NCBI GenBank assembly: GCA_029060025.1
Contig: JAIDUV010000037.1
Coordinates: forward strand, 1,587-65,586
Length of the DNA: 64,000 nucleotides
From: Clostridia bacterium
GTDB taxonomy: Bacteria > Bacillota > Clostridia > Christensenellales > UBA3700
Direction of reading: 5' to 3'
Shown: one piece after another, positions 48,281 to 57,956 of the stretch
Layout: every line of letters starts with the position of its first letter
Numbering within the stretch: position 1 is the first letter of the stretch
Translations under genes and position numbers: made by a program
Notes under the pieces: model-generated
Databases searched by the model: none
What the model was told of the DNA's origin: nothing
Seen by the model: the letters and a program-made list of their open reading frames with translations, nothing else

Positions 48281-48688
48281 ATGAGCAGAAGAAATGCGCG
48301 TCTCAACGCTTATCAACTTATTTTCGGGTATTTATTTTCCAAAGAAATAGACGAGCAGTCTTTGTCTGCAATGCTTGAGGCAGAAGACATTCAAGATGCA
48401 GACGGAGAATATATTAGAAAAGTGGTCTACGGCGTAAAAGAGCATTATGAAGAACTTATGGCTTTAATAGCCGACAACAGCAAAAATTTTAAAGTCGAGA
48501 GAATTTATAAGCCCGATTTGTCGGCGCTATTGCTCGCTTGCTACGAAATGAAATATATGGAGGATATTCCTCTTGCAGTATCCATCAATGAAGTAATAGA
48601 AATTGTCAAGACTTTCTCTACTGAGAATAGTTCAAAATTTGTCAACGGCGTCTTAAAAGGCGTCTATAACTCATTAAAAGAGGTGTAA
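48281..48688 (+). CDS. nusB: Transcription antitermination factor NusB
   Basis: RRNARLNAYQLIF N-terminus and FVNGVLKGV C-terminus. Confidence 0.93.
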   Translation: MSRRNARLNAYQLIFGYLFSKEIDEQSLSAMLEAEDIQDADGEYIRKVVYGVKEHYEELMALIADNSKNFKVERIYKPDLSALLLACYEMKYMEDIPLAVSINEVIEIVKTFSTENSSKFVNGVLKGVYNSLKEV

Positions 48689-48689
48689 T

Positions 48690-49538
48690 ATGCTTATATT
48701 CGGAAAGGAAGTCGCAGCAAAGACTTTGGAAAAAATTACTGCCGAAACGCAAGATTTTTGTCAAAAATACGGAAGAAAGCCTACTTTGGCAGTAATAATC
48801 GTTGGAGAAGATCCTGCATCGCAGACTTACGTGCGTAATAAAATCAACGGCTGCAAACAGGTTGGATTCAATTCTTTGTCATACGAATATGCCGACGGAA
48901 CTCCTCAAGAAGAAATAATTGCTCAAATCAAGAGTTTGGCAGACGACGAGAGTGTAGACGGAATATTGGTTCAACTTCCGTTGCCTAAGGGGTACGACGA
49001 AGAAAAGATACTTGCAAATATTCCCGACAGCAAAGATGTTGACGGATTCAACGCTTCAAATATAGGCTGTCTTTGTCTCAACAGACCGCGCACGGTATCT
49101 TGCACTCCTTTGGGAGTAATGCATATGCTTGAATACACCGGAGTGGATTTGACAGGAAAACACGCGGTTGTACTTGGCAGAAGCAATACTGTTGGAAAGC
49201 CTATGGCTATGTTGTTGCTCAATGCCAACTGTACCGTCACGGTATGTCATAGCAAGACGAAGAATATGGCAGAAATAACAAAGCAAGCGGATATTCTCGT
49301 CGTTGCGATAGGCAAGCCTAAGTTTGTCTCCGCCGATATGGTCAAGGACGGAGCAATCGTGATCGACGTAGGTATTAACAGAGTTGACGGCAAACTTTGC
49401 GGAGATGTTGATTATGACAGCGTTGCGCCCAAGACTTCGTTTATTTCTCCAGTGCCGGGAGGCGTAGGACCTATGACGATATCAATGTTGCTTTTCAATA
49501 CTCTTATGAGCGCAAAATCTAGAGAGAATGAGAGATAA
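48690..49538 (+). CDS. folD: Bifunctional methylenetetrahydrofolate dehydrogenase/cyclohydrolase
   Basis: GILVQLPLP, VVLGRSNTVGKPMAMLL, PVPGGVGPMT. Confidence 0.96.
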   Translation: MLIFGKEVAAKTLEKITAETQDFCQKYGRKPTLAVIIVGEDPASQTYVRNKINGCKQVGFNSLSYEYADGTPQEEIIAQIKSLADDESVDGILVQLPLPKGYDEEKILANIPDSKDVDGFNASNIGCLCLNRPRTVSCTPLGVMHMLEYTGVDLTGKHAVVLGRSNTVGKPMAMLLLNANCTVTVCHSKTKNMAEITKQADILVVAIGKPKFVSADMVKDGAIVIDVGINRVDGKLCGDVDYDSVAPKTSFISPVPGGVGPMTISMLLFNTLMSAKSRENER

Positions 49539-50716
49539 TGGAAGGCAATATACTCAACGTCACTACTCTCAATAATTATATCAATTCGATATTCCGCGCG
49601 GAGGAAATGTTGCATAATATCAGCGTTGCCGGCGAAATTTCGGGTTTTAAGGTGACGAAGGGACACGCGTATTTTACGTTGAAAGACGAAAATTGTCAGA
49701 TTGCCTGCAACTGTTTTAATTGCGCAAAGACTTATATACCAAAAGACGGAGAGAGCGTTGTTCTCAAAGGCTCGGTTGACTATTACGCCAAAGGCGGCAG
49801 ACTTAATTTCAACGTCGACAGTATCACATCAATAGGCAAAGGTTTGCTTGCGTATAAGTTGGAATTGCTTAGAGCGCAACTGACAAAAGAAGGACTCTTT
49901 GACTTAGCGTATAAAAAGCCAATTCCGCCTTATCCGACTGACGTATGCGTGATTACGTCTTTCAGCGGTGCAGTTATTAAAGATATCAAAAAGACTGTAA
50001 GACGCAAAAACGATATTATCAATATATATATAAAAGACGTCAAAGTACAGGGAATTGACGCTCATAAAGAAATTATATCCGCGCTTGACACCGTAGATAA
50101 AATGAATTTTGACGTCATTATCATAGCAAGAGGCGGCGGCTCGGCAGAAGATTTGATGCCATTCAACGAAGAACAACTAGTGCGGGCAATTTTCAGATGT
50201 AAGACGCCTGTAATATCGGCAGTTGGACACGAAAGCGACGTGACGCTTTGCGACGAAGTCGCCGATTATAGAGCGGCTACGCCTACCGCAGCAGCAGAAA
50301 AGATAGCGTATGACGTCCAAGAATTCAAAGACTATATTTTATATTGCGGAAAGAGAATGAAGAGCGCTTTAGATAGCGCAGTTGCGTTGAAAGGAAAAGA
50401 CCTGAACGGCAAAGTAAACCTAATAAAATCGCAAGTTGCGTTGAATTTTTCGCAAAATGCGAATAAAATCAACTTATACGTACAAAATCTAAAGAATATA
50501 ATGGACAAGAAACTTGCGCAGTCAGAGGGCAAATATACCGCGGCGTTGGCTCGACTTACGGCAGATAATCCGCTAGGTATCTTGCAAAAAGGATATTGGT
50601 ACGTCAGCAAGAATGGACAAGCCATATTGTCATCAAAAGATTTGCAAACGGGAGACAATGTTTCACTCAAGACTCACGACGGTCAACTCAAAGCGGTAAT
50701 TACGGAGGTAGAATAA
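49538..50716 (+). CDS. xseA: Exodeoxyribonuclease VII large subunit
   Basis: OB-fold N-terminus (GHAYFTLKD), IIARGGGSAEDL, ISAVGHESD. Confidence 0.94.
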   Translation: MEGNILNVTTLNNYINSIFRAEEMLHNISVAGEISGFKVTKGHAYFTLKDENCQIACNCFNCAKTYIPKDGESVVLKGSVDYYAKGGRLNFNVDSITSIGKGLLAYKLELLRAQLTKEGLFDLAYKKPIPPYPTDVCVITSFSGAVIKDIKKTVRRKNDIINIYIKDVKVQGIDAHKEIISALDTVDKMNFDVIIIARGGGSAEDLMPFNEEQLVRAIFRCKTPVISAVGHESDVTLCDEVADYRAATPTAAAEKIAYDVQEFKDYILYCGKRMKSALDSAVALKGKDLNGKVNLIKSQVALNFSQNANKINLYVQNLKNIMDKKLAQSEGKYTAALARLTADNPLGILQKGYWYVSKNGQAILSSKDLQTGDNVSLKTHDGQLKAVITEVE

Positions 50717-50928
50717 TGAAATTTGAAGAATCCTTAAAAGAACTTGACGGCATTGTCGACAAACTTGAAAGCGGAAAACTGTCTTTGGACGAGAGCGTAG
50801 AGTTGTATTCAAAAGGTATGAATCTTTGCTTGGAATGTGCGGACAAACTCAATGAAGTCAAGGGCAAGATAGCGCTTTTGGAAGAAAGTCAACAAGGACT
50901 GGTTGCTAAGTTGGTCGAGGTAGAATAA
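50716..50928 (+). CDS. xseB: Exodeoxyribonuclease VII small subunit
   Basis: MKFEESLKELDGIVDKLESGKLSLDESV. TAATG overlap with xseA. Confidence 0.93.
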   Translation: MKFEESLKELDGIVDKLESGKLSLDESVELYSKGMNLCLECADKLNEVKGKIALLEESQQGLVAKLVEVE

Positions 50929-51803
50929 TGAAGGATTTGCTTGCCGAGTACAAGAATACTTTTGAAAGGCAATTGCAAGATATCATTGCCGAATATAAGT
51001 GCGATATTCAACCAATATCGGACGCTTTGGTTTATGCCGTGAGCAACGGAGGTAAAAGAATACGCCCATCACTTTGCTATCTTGGCGCAGATTTTTGCGG
51101 AAAAGATTTTGAATACGTCAAAAATCTTGCCGTAGGTATAGAAATGATACACTCGTATTCGTTGGTGCACGACGATTTGCCGTGTATGGACAATGACGAA
51201 TTGCGTAGAGGAAAGCCTACCGCCCATATTGTGTACGGAGAGGGTATGGCAATGCTTGCCGGTGACGCGCTCTTGAATATGGCTTTTGAAGTTATGCTCG
51301 ACGACGTCAATTTTGACACAGATATGCGTAAGGCAATGAAATATATTGCCAAAATGTGCGGAATAAACGGTATGATAGGCGGACAATGTCTCGATCTTGC
51401 AAATGAGAGCAAAGAAAACTTTGGTATCAAAGAATTGACAAGGCTCAACAGACTGAAGACGTCGTGCCTGATAAGCGGTGCTTTGGTTGGCTCGGCAATA
51501 CGTTGCGGAGCAGACGGTGACGAGATTAAAGCGCTTGAATTATATGCTCAAAACTTAGGAGAGATATTCCAGATAGTCGACGATATTTTGGACAGAACTT
51601 CGACAGAACAGTCGTTGGGAAAACAAGTCAAACAAGATATTGCCAATGATAAAAAGAGCGTCGTAGATATACTCGGCATTGACAATGCAAAAGAATATAT
51701 CAAAAAGTTAGAGGACAAAGCCGTAGAGAGCATAAGCGCATACGGACAAAGATCTCAAAAACTCGTCGAGTTGTGCAAGTTTTTGAGCAATAGGTCCAAC
51801 TGA
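50928..51803 (+). CDS. ispA: Farnesyl/geranyl diphosphate synthase (polyprenyl synthetase)
   Basis: First Asp-rich motif LVHDDLPCMDNDELRRG and second motif FQIVDDILD. Confidence 0.93.
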   Translation: MKDLLAEYKNTFERQLQDIIAEYKCDIQPISDALVYAVSNGGKRIRPSLCYLGADFCGKDFEYVKNLAVGIEMIHSYSLVHDDLPCMDNDELRRGKPTAHIVYGEGMAMLAGDALLNMAFEVMLDDVNFDTDMRKAMKYIAKMCGINGMIGGQCLDLANESKENFGIKELTRLNRLKTSCLISGALVGSAIRCGADGDEIKALELYAQNLGEIFQIVDDILDRTSTEQSLGKQVKQDIANDKKSVVDILGIDNAKEYIKKLEDKAVESISAYGQRSQKLVELCKFLSNRSN

Positions 51804-51839
51804 TTGCATATATAATAAATTTAGCCCATATTTTATAAT

Positions 51840-52415
51840 ATGAGCAAAAAAAATAAGTCGAAGCAGAAGCGCGCAAAGTTGAATATTGCCGAAACCTGGG
51901 TAATAAAAATAACCTTGTTTACCTTTATTGGAGCAGTGATTTGCAGTTTTATTTCACAAATTACTACTTCTAAGAGTGATATAATAATATCCATAATGTT
52001 GCTGTCTTTTATGATACTGATAAGCATTATATTTGACGGAATAGGATTGAGCGTGGCGTCGTGCAGCGAAGAAAAGATGCTCAAGTACGCGCGTTACACA
52101 AAAGAGTACGACATTGCGTTGAGACTTATTCGCAACGCAGAAAAGGTGAACAATATTTGCGCTGACGTCATCGGTGATATGAGCGGAATATTGAGCGGCG
52201 CGTGCGGAGCGTCAATAGTCATTGAACTGAATCTAAGCGGACAAGGCAGTCACTGGGCAACGATAATCATATCGAGTATAATTGCCGCTGTCACAGTTGG
52301 CGGAAAGGCTTCGCTCAAAAAGATTGCCGTCAAAAACAGCGCGGAATTTGTCTTTATGTCGGCAAGAATGATAGGAATATTCAGTTCAAAATTTACAGCA
52401 AAGAGGAAGAAGTAA
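51840..52415 (+). CDS. Hypothetical membrane protein (family not recognised)
   Basis: 191 aa with a lysine-rich N-terminus and 3-4 hydrophobic helices. It is tightly coupled to dxs by a TAATG overlap. Confidence 0.5.
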   Translation: MSKKNKSKQKRAKLNIAETWVIKITLFTFIGAVICSFISQITTSKSDIIISIMLLSFMILISIIFDGIGLSVASCSEEKMLKYARYTKEYDIALRLIRNAEKVNNICADVIGDMSGILSGACGASIVIELNLSGQGSHWATIIISSIIAAVTVGGKASLKKIAVKNSAEFVFMSARMIGIFSSKFTAKRKK

Positions 52416-54106
52416 TGCAAATTCTTGACAAAATTAAGTTGCCTGAAGACATCAAGAACCTTTCTTTGGAAGAATTGGAACTTTTGGCAAATGATTTGAG
52501 AAATGTTATTACCAAGTATACGCTTGCCAATGGCGGTCATTTGGCATCAAATTTAGGCGTCGTCGATTTGACTTGCGCCTTGAATTACGTATTCGACTTT
52601 CCTAAAGACAAACTCATTTTTGACGTAGGACATCAGTGTTACGCTTACAAAATACTCACTGGCAGACTTAAAGAATTTGACACTTTGAGGCAAAAAGACG
52701 GTCTCAACGGTTTTCCCAAAAGAGAAGAGAGTCAATTTGATACCGTCAACAGCGGACACGCTTCGACTGCGTTGTCTATAGCCTGCGGTATGGCACGAGG
52801 AGATATCGACGGCAATATCATTTGTCTTATCGGTGACGGCGCAATGACCGGCGGATTGTTTTTTGAAGCGCTCAACGATGTGCTTACGCTCAATAAAAAA
52901 GTTATCTTTATTATCAATGACAACAATATGTCTATTTCCGGCAACGTGGGATTTATCAACGAGTATTTGAAGATAGTGCGCAAGTACGGAAATGAATTTA
53001 CTTTCTTGGATATTGAGATGCTCAACAATATTGACGGACATAATATATCCGACCTAATAGGCAAATTGAAGTACGCAAAAAATTCAAAGAAGACTTTGGT
53101 ATTGCACGTCGTGACAAAAAAAGGAAAAGGCTTTGAAGACGCAGAACTCAATCCTTCAAAGTATCACAGCGTAGGTAAAGATAATTCTAAACAGACTTAT
53201 TGTCAGGTTTTTGGAAAAGTTATGACAAGTCTTGCCGAAAAAAATCAAGATATTTTTGCAATTACCGCCGCAATGGCTGACGGTACAGGCTTGAGTGAAT
53301 TCGCTCAGAAATATCCCCAAAGATTGATTGATGTTGGAATTGCCGAAGGTCACGCTGTGACTATGTCGGCAGGACTTGCTTTGGCTGGTAAGAAACCTTA
53401 CGTCGCAATATATTCTACTTTTCTTCAACGTGCTTATGACAACGTATTGCACGACGTATGTCTAAATAAATTGCCTGTCGTATTCTGTATTGACAGAGCG
53501 GGATTTGTGGGCGGTGACGGCGAAACGCATCAAGGACTTTATGACGTGGCGTATCTTGGCGCTACGCCCAATATGTCAATTTTTGCCCCAAAGGATGGGA
53601 GAGAGTTAGAGGATATATTGACTTGGTCACAGAGTTTTGACTCTCCGTTGGCAATACGCTATCCAAAGAACGAAATATCGCGAAACTATACGGTACATAC
53701 GCCTATTGAATACGGCAAATGTGAGAAGATAATATCATCTGACAGTCAAATTGTACTTGTCTCAAATGGCGAAACTCTTGCCAACGTATGCGAGAGCGCT
53801 GAGATTTTAAAATCTCAAGGCATAGACGTTGACGTAATCAACGCAAGATTTATCAGACCGTATGACGAAGAGTTGCTTAATACACTCAAAGGTAAAACGA
53901 TATTTTTCTTTGAAGAGTATATTATGCAAAATTCTCTTTACGCTCAAGCCCTTGATAAATTTAACAAAGAGCAGGACAATATTACTCAAATTTTCGGAAT
54001 CAATATCCCCAACGTATCTTATGCCGTTGCAACTCGCAATCAACTTCTCAAAGAAGTCGGACTTGATACGGATAGTATCGTAAACTTTGTCAAGAGCAAA
54101 CTTTAA
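52415..54106 (+). CDS. dxs: 1-deoxy-D-xylulose-5-phosphate synthase (compact form)
   Basis: GGHLASNLGVVDLT, GHASTALS, GDGAMTGG, NDNNMSIS, and a transketolase-like C-terminal domain. Confidence 0.93.
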   Translation: MQILDKIKLPEDIKNLSLEELELLANDLRNVITKYTLANGGHLASNLGVVDLTCALNYVFDFPKDKLIFDVGHQCYAYKILTGRLKEFDTLRQKDGLNGFPKREESQFDTVNSGHASTALSIACGMARGDIDGNIICLIGDGAMTGGLFFEALNDVLTLNKKVIFIINDNNMSISGNVGFINEYLKIVRKYGNEFTFLDIEMLNNIDGHNISDLIGKLKYAKNSKKTLVLHVVTKKGKGFEDAELNPSKYHSVGKDNSKQTYCQVFGKVMTSLAEKNQDIFAITAAMADGTGLSEFAQKYPQRLIDVGIAEGHAVTMSAGLALAGKKPYVAIYSTFLQRAYDNVLHDVCLNKLPVVFCIDRAGFVGGDGETHQGLYDVAYLGATPNMSIFAPKDGRELEDILTWSQSFDSPLAIRYPKNEISRNYTVHTPIEYGKCEKIISSDSQIVLVSNGETLANVCESAEILKSQGIDVDVINARFIRPYDEELLNTLKGKTIFFFEEYIMQNSLYAQALDKFNKEQDNITQIFGINIPNVSYAVATRNQLLKEVGLDTDSIVNFVKSKL

Positions 54107-54112
54107 CCACTT

Positions 54113-54835
54113 ATGAGATTGGATATTTATCTTTCGACAACTCAAGACTTGACCCGCACAAAGGCAAAACAAATGATAGAAAGTAGTTTTGTCAAGGTTG
54201 ACGGCAAAATAGTCACAAAGGCGGGATATGAGTTAAAAGATAACTCAACAGTCGAAATTTTGGACAATTTCAAATTTACCTCGCTTGGCGGAGACAAACT
54301 CCAAAAGGCTTTTGATGACTTTAATTATAGCGTTATTAACAAAATATGCGTTGATATTGGCGCGTCAAACGGCGGATTTACCGACTGTATGCTCAAGAAT
54401 GGCGCGGCAAGAGTCTACGCAGTTGACGTCGGAGAATGTGCATTTGACGACGATTTGAAAAATGATGACAGAGTTGTCATAAAGGACAGGCTCAACGCAA
54501 GATATATCACGTCTGAAGATTTGGGAGAAGCGTGCGACTTTGCAAGCATTGACGTAAGTTTTATTTCGTTAAAGTACGTCTTGCCGTCGGTATTTACTTT
54601 ACTTAAAAGCGGCGGAGAAGTAATAGCGCTTATTAAGCCTCAATTTGAAGCAGGCGCAAAAGAATTGAGTAAAAAAGGCTTGGTACTCAATTCAAAGACT
54701 CATCAGAGAGTGTGCGAAGACATAAAGTCTTTTGCTCTATCAATTGGGTTTGATGTCAAAGGACTAACTTCGGCACCGATAAAAGAGGGAAAAAATAAAG
54801 AATTTTTGATATATTTATGCAAAAGCATTGAATAA
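54113..54835 (+). CDS. tlyA: TlyA family rRNA (cytidine-2'-O)-methyltransferase
   Basis: S4 domain MRLDIYL...VKVDGK and FtsJ-type SAM motif DIGASNGGFTD. Confidence 0.9.
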   Translation: MRLDIYLSTTQDLTRTKAKQMIESSFVKVDGKIVTKAGYELKDNSTVEILDNFKFTSLGGDKLQKAFDDFNYSVINKICVDIGASNGGFTDCMLKNGAARVYAVDVGECAFDDDLKNDDRVVIKDRLNARYITSEDLGEACDFASIDVSFISLKYVLPSVFTLLKSGGEVIALIKPQFEAGAKELSKKGLVLNSKTHQRVCEDIKSFALSIGFDVKGLTSAPIKEGKNKEFLIYLCKSIE

Positions 54836-54862
54836 TTATACAATATCATTTATAATTGAGAT

Positions 54863-55693
54863 ATGAAAATCGGTATAAAGACGAATTTAAATAGAGATAT
54901 AAAGGCATTGGCAAGCAAACTTTTTTGTCAAAAACTGAGAGAAGTCGGCATTGAATTTAAAGTGTGCGACAACGCTGAAGAATATTTTGACTCAAAGTAT
55001 GTTGCTACTACAAAAGATGTCTTTGAATGGTGCGACATAGTAGTCGCGTTTGGCGGAGACGGCACGATGCTTGATATCGTGCGTAATTTGCCAAGCGATT
55101 TGCCAATTCTTGGTATAAATATGGGCAAAATCGGTTTTCTGACAGAAATTGACGAAAATCAGATGGGCTACGCTATTTCGTCGTTGCTTAGCGGAGATTA
55201 CACGATCGAGCGTCGTTCTATGCTCAAGGCTACGCTGGGAAATCAGGACTTCTATGCTCTCAACGAAGTGGTTGTGAGTTGTCAAGACCCTTGTCACGTA
55301 TCGGTTTTTGATATTTATATTGACGGAATTTTGGCTGATACCTTAAGAAGTGACGGCGTACTTGTGTCCACGCCTACCGGCTCTACAGCATATTCTTTAT
55401 CTTGCAACGGACCTGTATTGAGCCCAACGGTAAAGGCGTTGATTGTCAACGGTATTTGTCCTCACTCGTTGCACAGTTGTCCTATAGTCGTCGACGACAG
55501 TATGAGTATAAAAATATCTACAAAAAACCATTATATGCGCGTCATTGACGACGGTACTATCGTTGCAAAATCGCAGGATAGAGGTATGGATATTGTTATT
55601 GAAAAAGGCGCAAAACAGGCATCGTTTGTGCGTCTAAAAAATCAAAACTTCTATGCAAAACTTCGCGCAAAACTCAATTATTGGGGTGATTAG
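54863..55693 (+). CDS. nadK: NAD kinase
   Basis: GGDGTMLD, GINMGKIGFLTE, STPTGSTAYSLS. Confidence 0.94.
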   Translation: MKIGIKTNLNRDIKALASKLFCQKLREVGIEFKVCDNAEEYFDSKYVATTKDVFEWCDIVVAFGGDGTMLDIVRNLPSDLPILGINMGKIGFLTEIDENQMGYAISSLLSGDYTIERRSMLKATLGNQDFYALNEVVVSCQDPCHVSVFDIYIDGILADTLRSDGVLVSTPTGSTAYSLSCNGPVLSPTVKALIVNGICPHSLHSCPIVVDDSMSIKISTKNHYMRVIDDGTIVAKSQDRGMDIVIEKGAKQASFVRLKNQNFYAKLRAKLNYWGD

Positions 55694-55694
55694 G

Positions 55695-56144
55695 ATGTCA
55701 AATAAGACTAGACAACAGGCAATTTTGGATATAATTGCGCAAAATGAACTTGATACTCAAGAAGAACTGGCCGCTATGCTGCAGCAGCGCGGTTACAACG
55801 TCACGCAAGCAACAGTATCTAGAGATATAAAACAACTTGGACTTGTAAAAATTGCCGGTAAATCAAAGAAATACCGCTATACGCAGGTCAGTTACAAGGA
55901 GCACGGATTACACGCAAAATATGACAATATATTTAAAGAAAGTGTGTTGAGTATGCAAAATGCTGGAAATATGATTGTAATCAAGACAGTTTCCGGCGCG
56001 GCAAATTCTGCCGGAGCATTTATTGACAGAATGAACTTACCTCAACTTTTGGGCTCTATTGCAGGTGACGATACTATATTTTGCGTAACAAGAACAGAGC
56101 AGGACGCTGTCGACGTAATAAACATAATTAAGGACAGTTATTGA
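55695..56144 (+). CDS. argR: Arginine repressor
   Basis: TQEELAAMLQQRGYNVTQATVSRDIKQLGLVK winged-helix region and GDDTIF C-terminal motif. Confidence 0.94.
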   Translation: MSNKTRQQAILDIIAQNELDTQEELAAMLQQRGYNVTQATVSRDIKQLGLVKIAGKSKKYRYTQVSYKEHGLHAKYDNIFKESVLSMQNAGNMIVIKTVSGAANSAGAFIDRMNLPQLLGSIAGDDTIFCVTRTEQDAVDVINIIKDSY

Positions 56145-56145
56145 T

Positions 56146-57840
56146 ATGTTGACTAATCTTAACGTAAAAAATATTGCTTTAATTACTTCTCTTGATGTCA
56201 ATTTTAATCAAGGGCTTAATATTTTGTCGGGCGAAACAGGCGCAGGTAAGTCAATTATTATTGATAGTTTGAGTTTTGTTTTGGGTAAGAGAGCCGATAG
56301 AAGTCTGATCAGATATGGCGAGAATAGCGCAAGCGTAACGGCTGTTTTTGAGAATATAAATGAAAATACCCAAAGTTTACTTAGAGAATACGATATCGAA
56401 GATGCGGACGAACTTATATTAAAGCGTACTATGACGGTTGACGGCAAGAATACCTGTTCTATCAACGGACAGCGTGTGACGCTGAGTATGCTTAAAGAAG
56501 TTGCTAATACGCTTGCCGACATATATTCTCAACACGAGAATATTACTGCTCTCAACAGTCAATTTCATTTGAATATCATAGATAAATACGGCGAAGAGTC
56601 TATCAACAGATATAAAGATATACAAAAGAAATTATATACAGAATATAAAGATATTTGCAAAAAGTTAGACAAATACGGAACTTTAAACGAAGTAAATAAG
56701 AACATTGATATACTTGAATATCAAATCAATGAAATCACCGAGGCTAATTTGCAAGATGGCGAGGAGGACGAACTTATTTTGCTCCGTCGCAAACTCAATA
56801 ACTCTCAACTCATTATTTCTACGCTAAACGAGTGTTACTACGCGCTAAATGGTGACGATGGTAGCAATATTTTAAGTGTTTTGAGTTTTATAATATCCAA
56901 TCTTTCAAAAATAAGAGAGTATGATGACAATATTGATGGTATTGTAGAGAGACTGGATAGTTGCAAAATCGAATTGAAAGATATTGCATATACTTTAGAA
57001 AATATGGCGCAATCAAATGATTTTAGTCTCCAAGAATATGAAAGATGTGAGCAAAGACTCTCTTTAATTCGCTCTCTAAAGAGAAAATACGGCAATTCTA
57101 TTGAAGAAATCAAAGAAAATCTAAATCAAATGCAAGAAGAATACGACTTTTTGTCTGACGGAGAGGAAAAAGTAAGAGAATACCAAGAGCAAAAAAGTCA
57201 ACTAATCAAAGAACTTTATAAAAATACCCAAGACTTATCTGAAGAAAGGCGCAAAGTTGGTGATATTCTCGCAAACAAGATTCAGTCCGAGTTAAAAGAA
57301 TTGGGTATGAATTCTTGCAAATTTCAAACGTATTTTTCACCGTTGCCGTCAATTGACGAGTTTTCGCCGTCTCCAAACGGCAGTGATGAAGCAATATTTA
57401 TGTTCAGCGCCAACGCTGGACAACCTGTAAAAGAACTTTCCAAAGTCATTTCAGGAGGCGAGTTGTCACGTTTTATGCTTGCAATGAAGAAGATTATTGC
57501 CAATCTTGACGGAATATCCACAATGGTATTTGACGAAATCGATACTGGCATAAGCGGTAAAATTGCTCAAATAGTTGCTCAAAAGATGTATGATATATCT
57601 AAAGATAAGCAAGTGCTTGCAATAACGCATTTGCCTCAACTTGCATCAATGGCAGATTCGCATTATCTTATACAGAAGACTACTACTGACAATCAAACCG
57701 TAACAAAACTCATTTATTTGAATGAGAAAGCGCAACTTGAAGAACTTTCCAGGCTTATAGGCGGTCAAGATACGTCGGCGTATGCAATACCGCACGCAAA
57801 AGAAATGTTAGAATTTGCTCAAAATTATAAGAAAATATAG
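56146..57840 (+). CDS. recN: DNA repair protein RecN
   Basis: GETGAGKSIIIDSL Walker A, a long coiled coil, ISGGELSRFMLA signature, VFDEIDTGISG Walker B. Confidence 0.95.
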   Translation: MLTNLNVKNIALITSLDVNFNQGLNILSGETGAGKSIIIDSLSFVLGKRADRSLIRYGENSASVTAVFENINENTQSLLREYDIEDADELILKRTMTVDGKNTCSINGQRVTLSMLKEVANTLADIYSQHENITALNSQFHLNIIDKYGEESINRYKDIQKKLYTEYKDICKKLDKYGTLNEVNKNIDILEYQINEITEANLQDGEEDELILLRRKLNNSQLIISTLNECYYALNGDDGSNILSVLSFIISNLSKIREYDDNIDGIVERLDSCKIELKDIAYTLENMAQSNDFSLQEYERCEQRLSLIRSLKRKYGNSIEEIKENLNQMQEEYDFLSDGEEKVREYQEQKSQLIKELYKNTQDLSEERRKVGDILANKIQSELKELGMNSCKFQTYFSPLPSIDEFSPSPNGSDEAIFMFSANAGQPVKELSKVISGGELSRFMLAMKKIIANLDGISTMVFDEIDTGISGKIAQIVAQKMYDISKDKQVLAITHLPQLASMADSHYLIQKTTTDNQTVTKLIYLNEKAQLEELSRLIGGQDTSAYAIPHAKEMLEFAQNYKKI

Positions 57841-57861
57841 TGTTTTTAATATAAAATGAAA

Positions 57862-57888
57862 AGGCGTTTTTCTAAAAAACGTCTTTTT
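57862..57888 (+). terminator. Rho-independent terminator after recN
   Basis: GGCGTTTTT-cta-AAAAACGTC followed by T5. Confidence 0.7.
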
Positions 57889-57956
57889 CTATAATTTTCA
57901 ATAGATAAGAATATTTTTAATTTAACTTCTCAAACTAATTTGCGAGAGGTCAAAAG

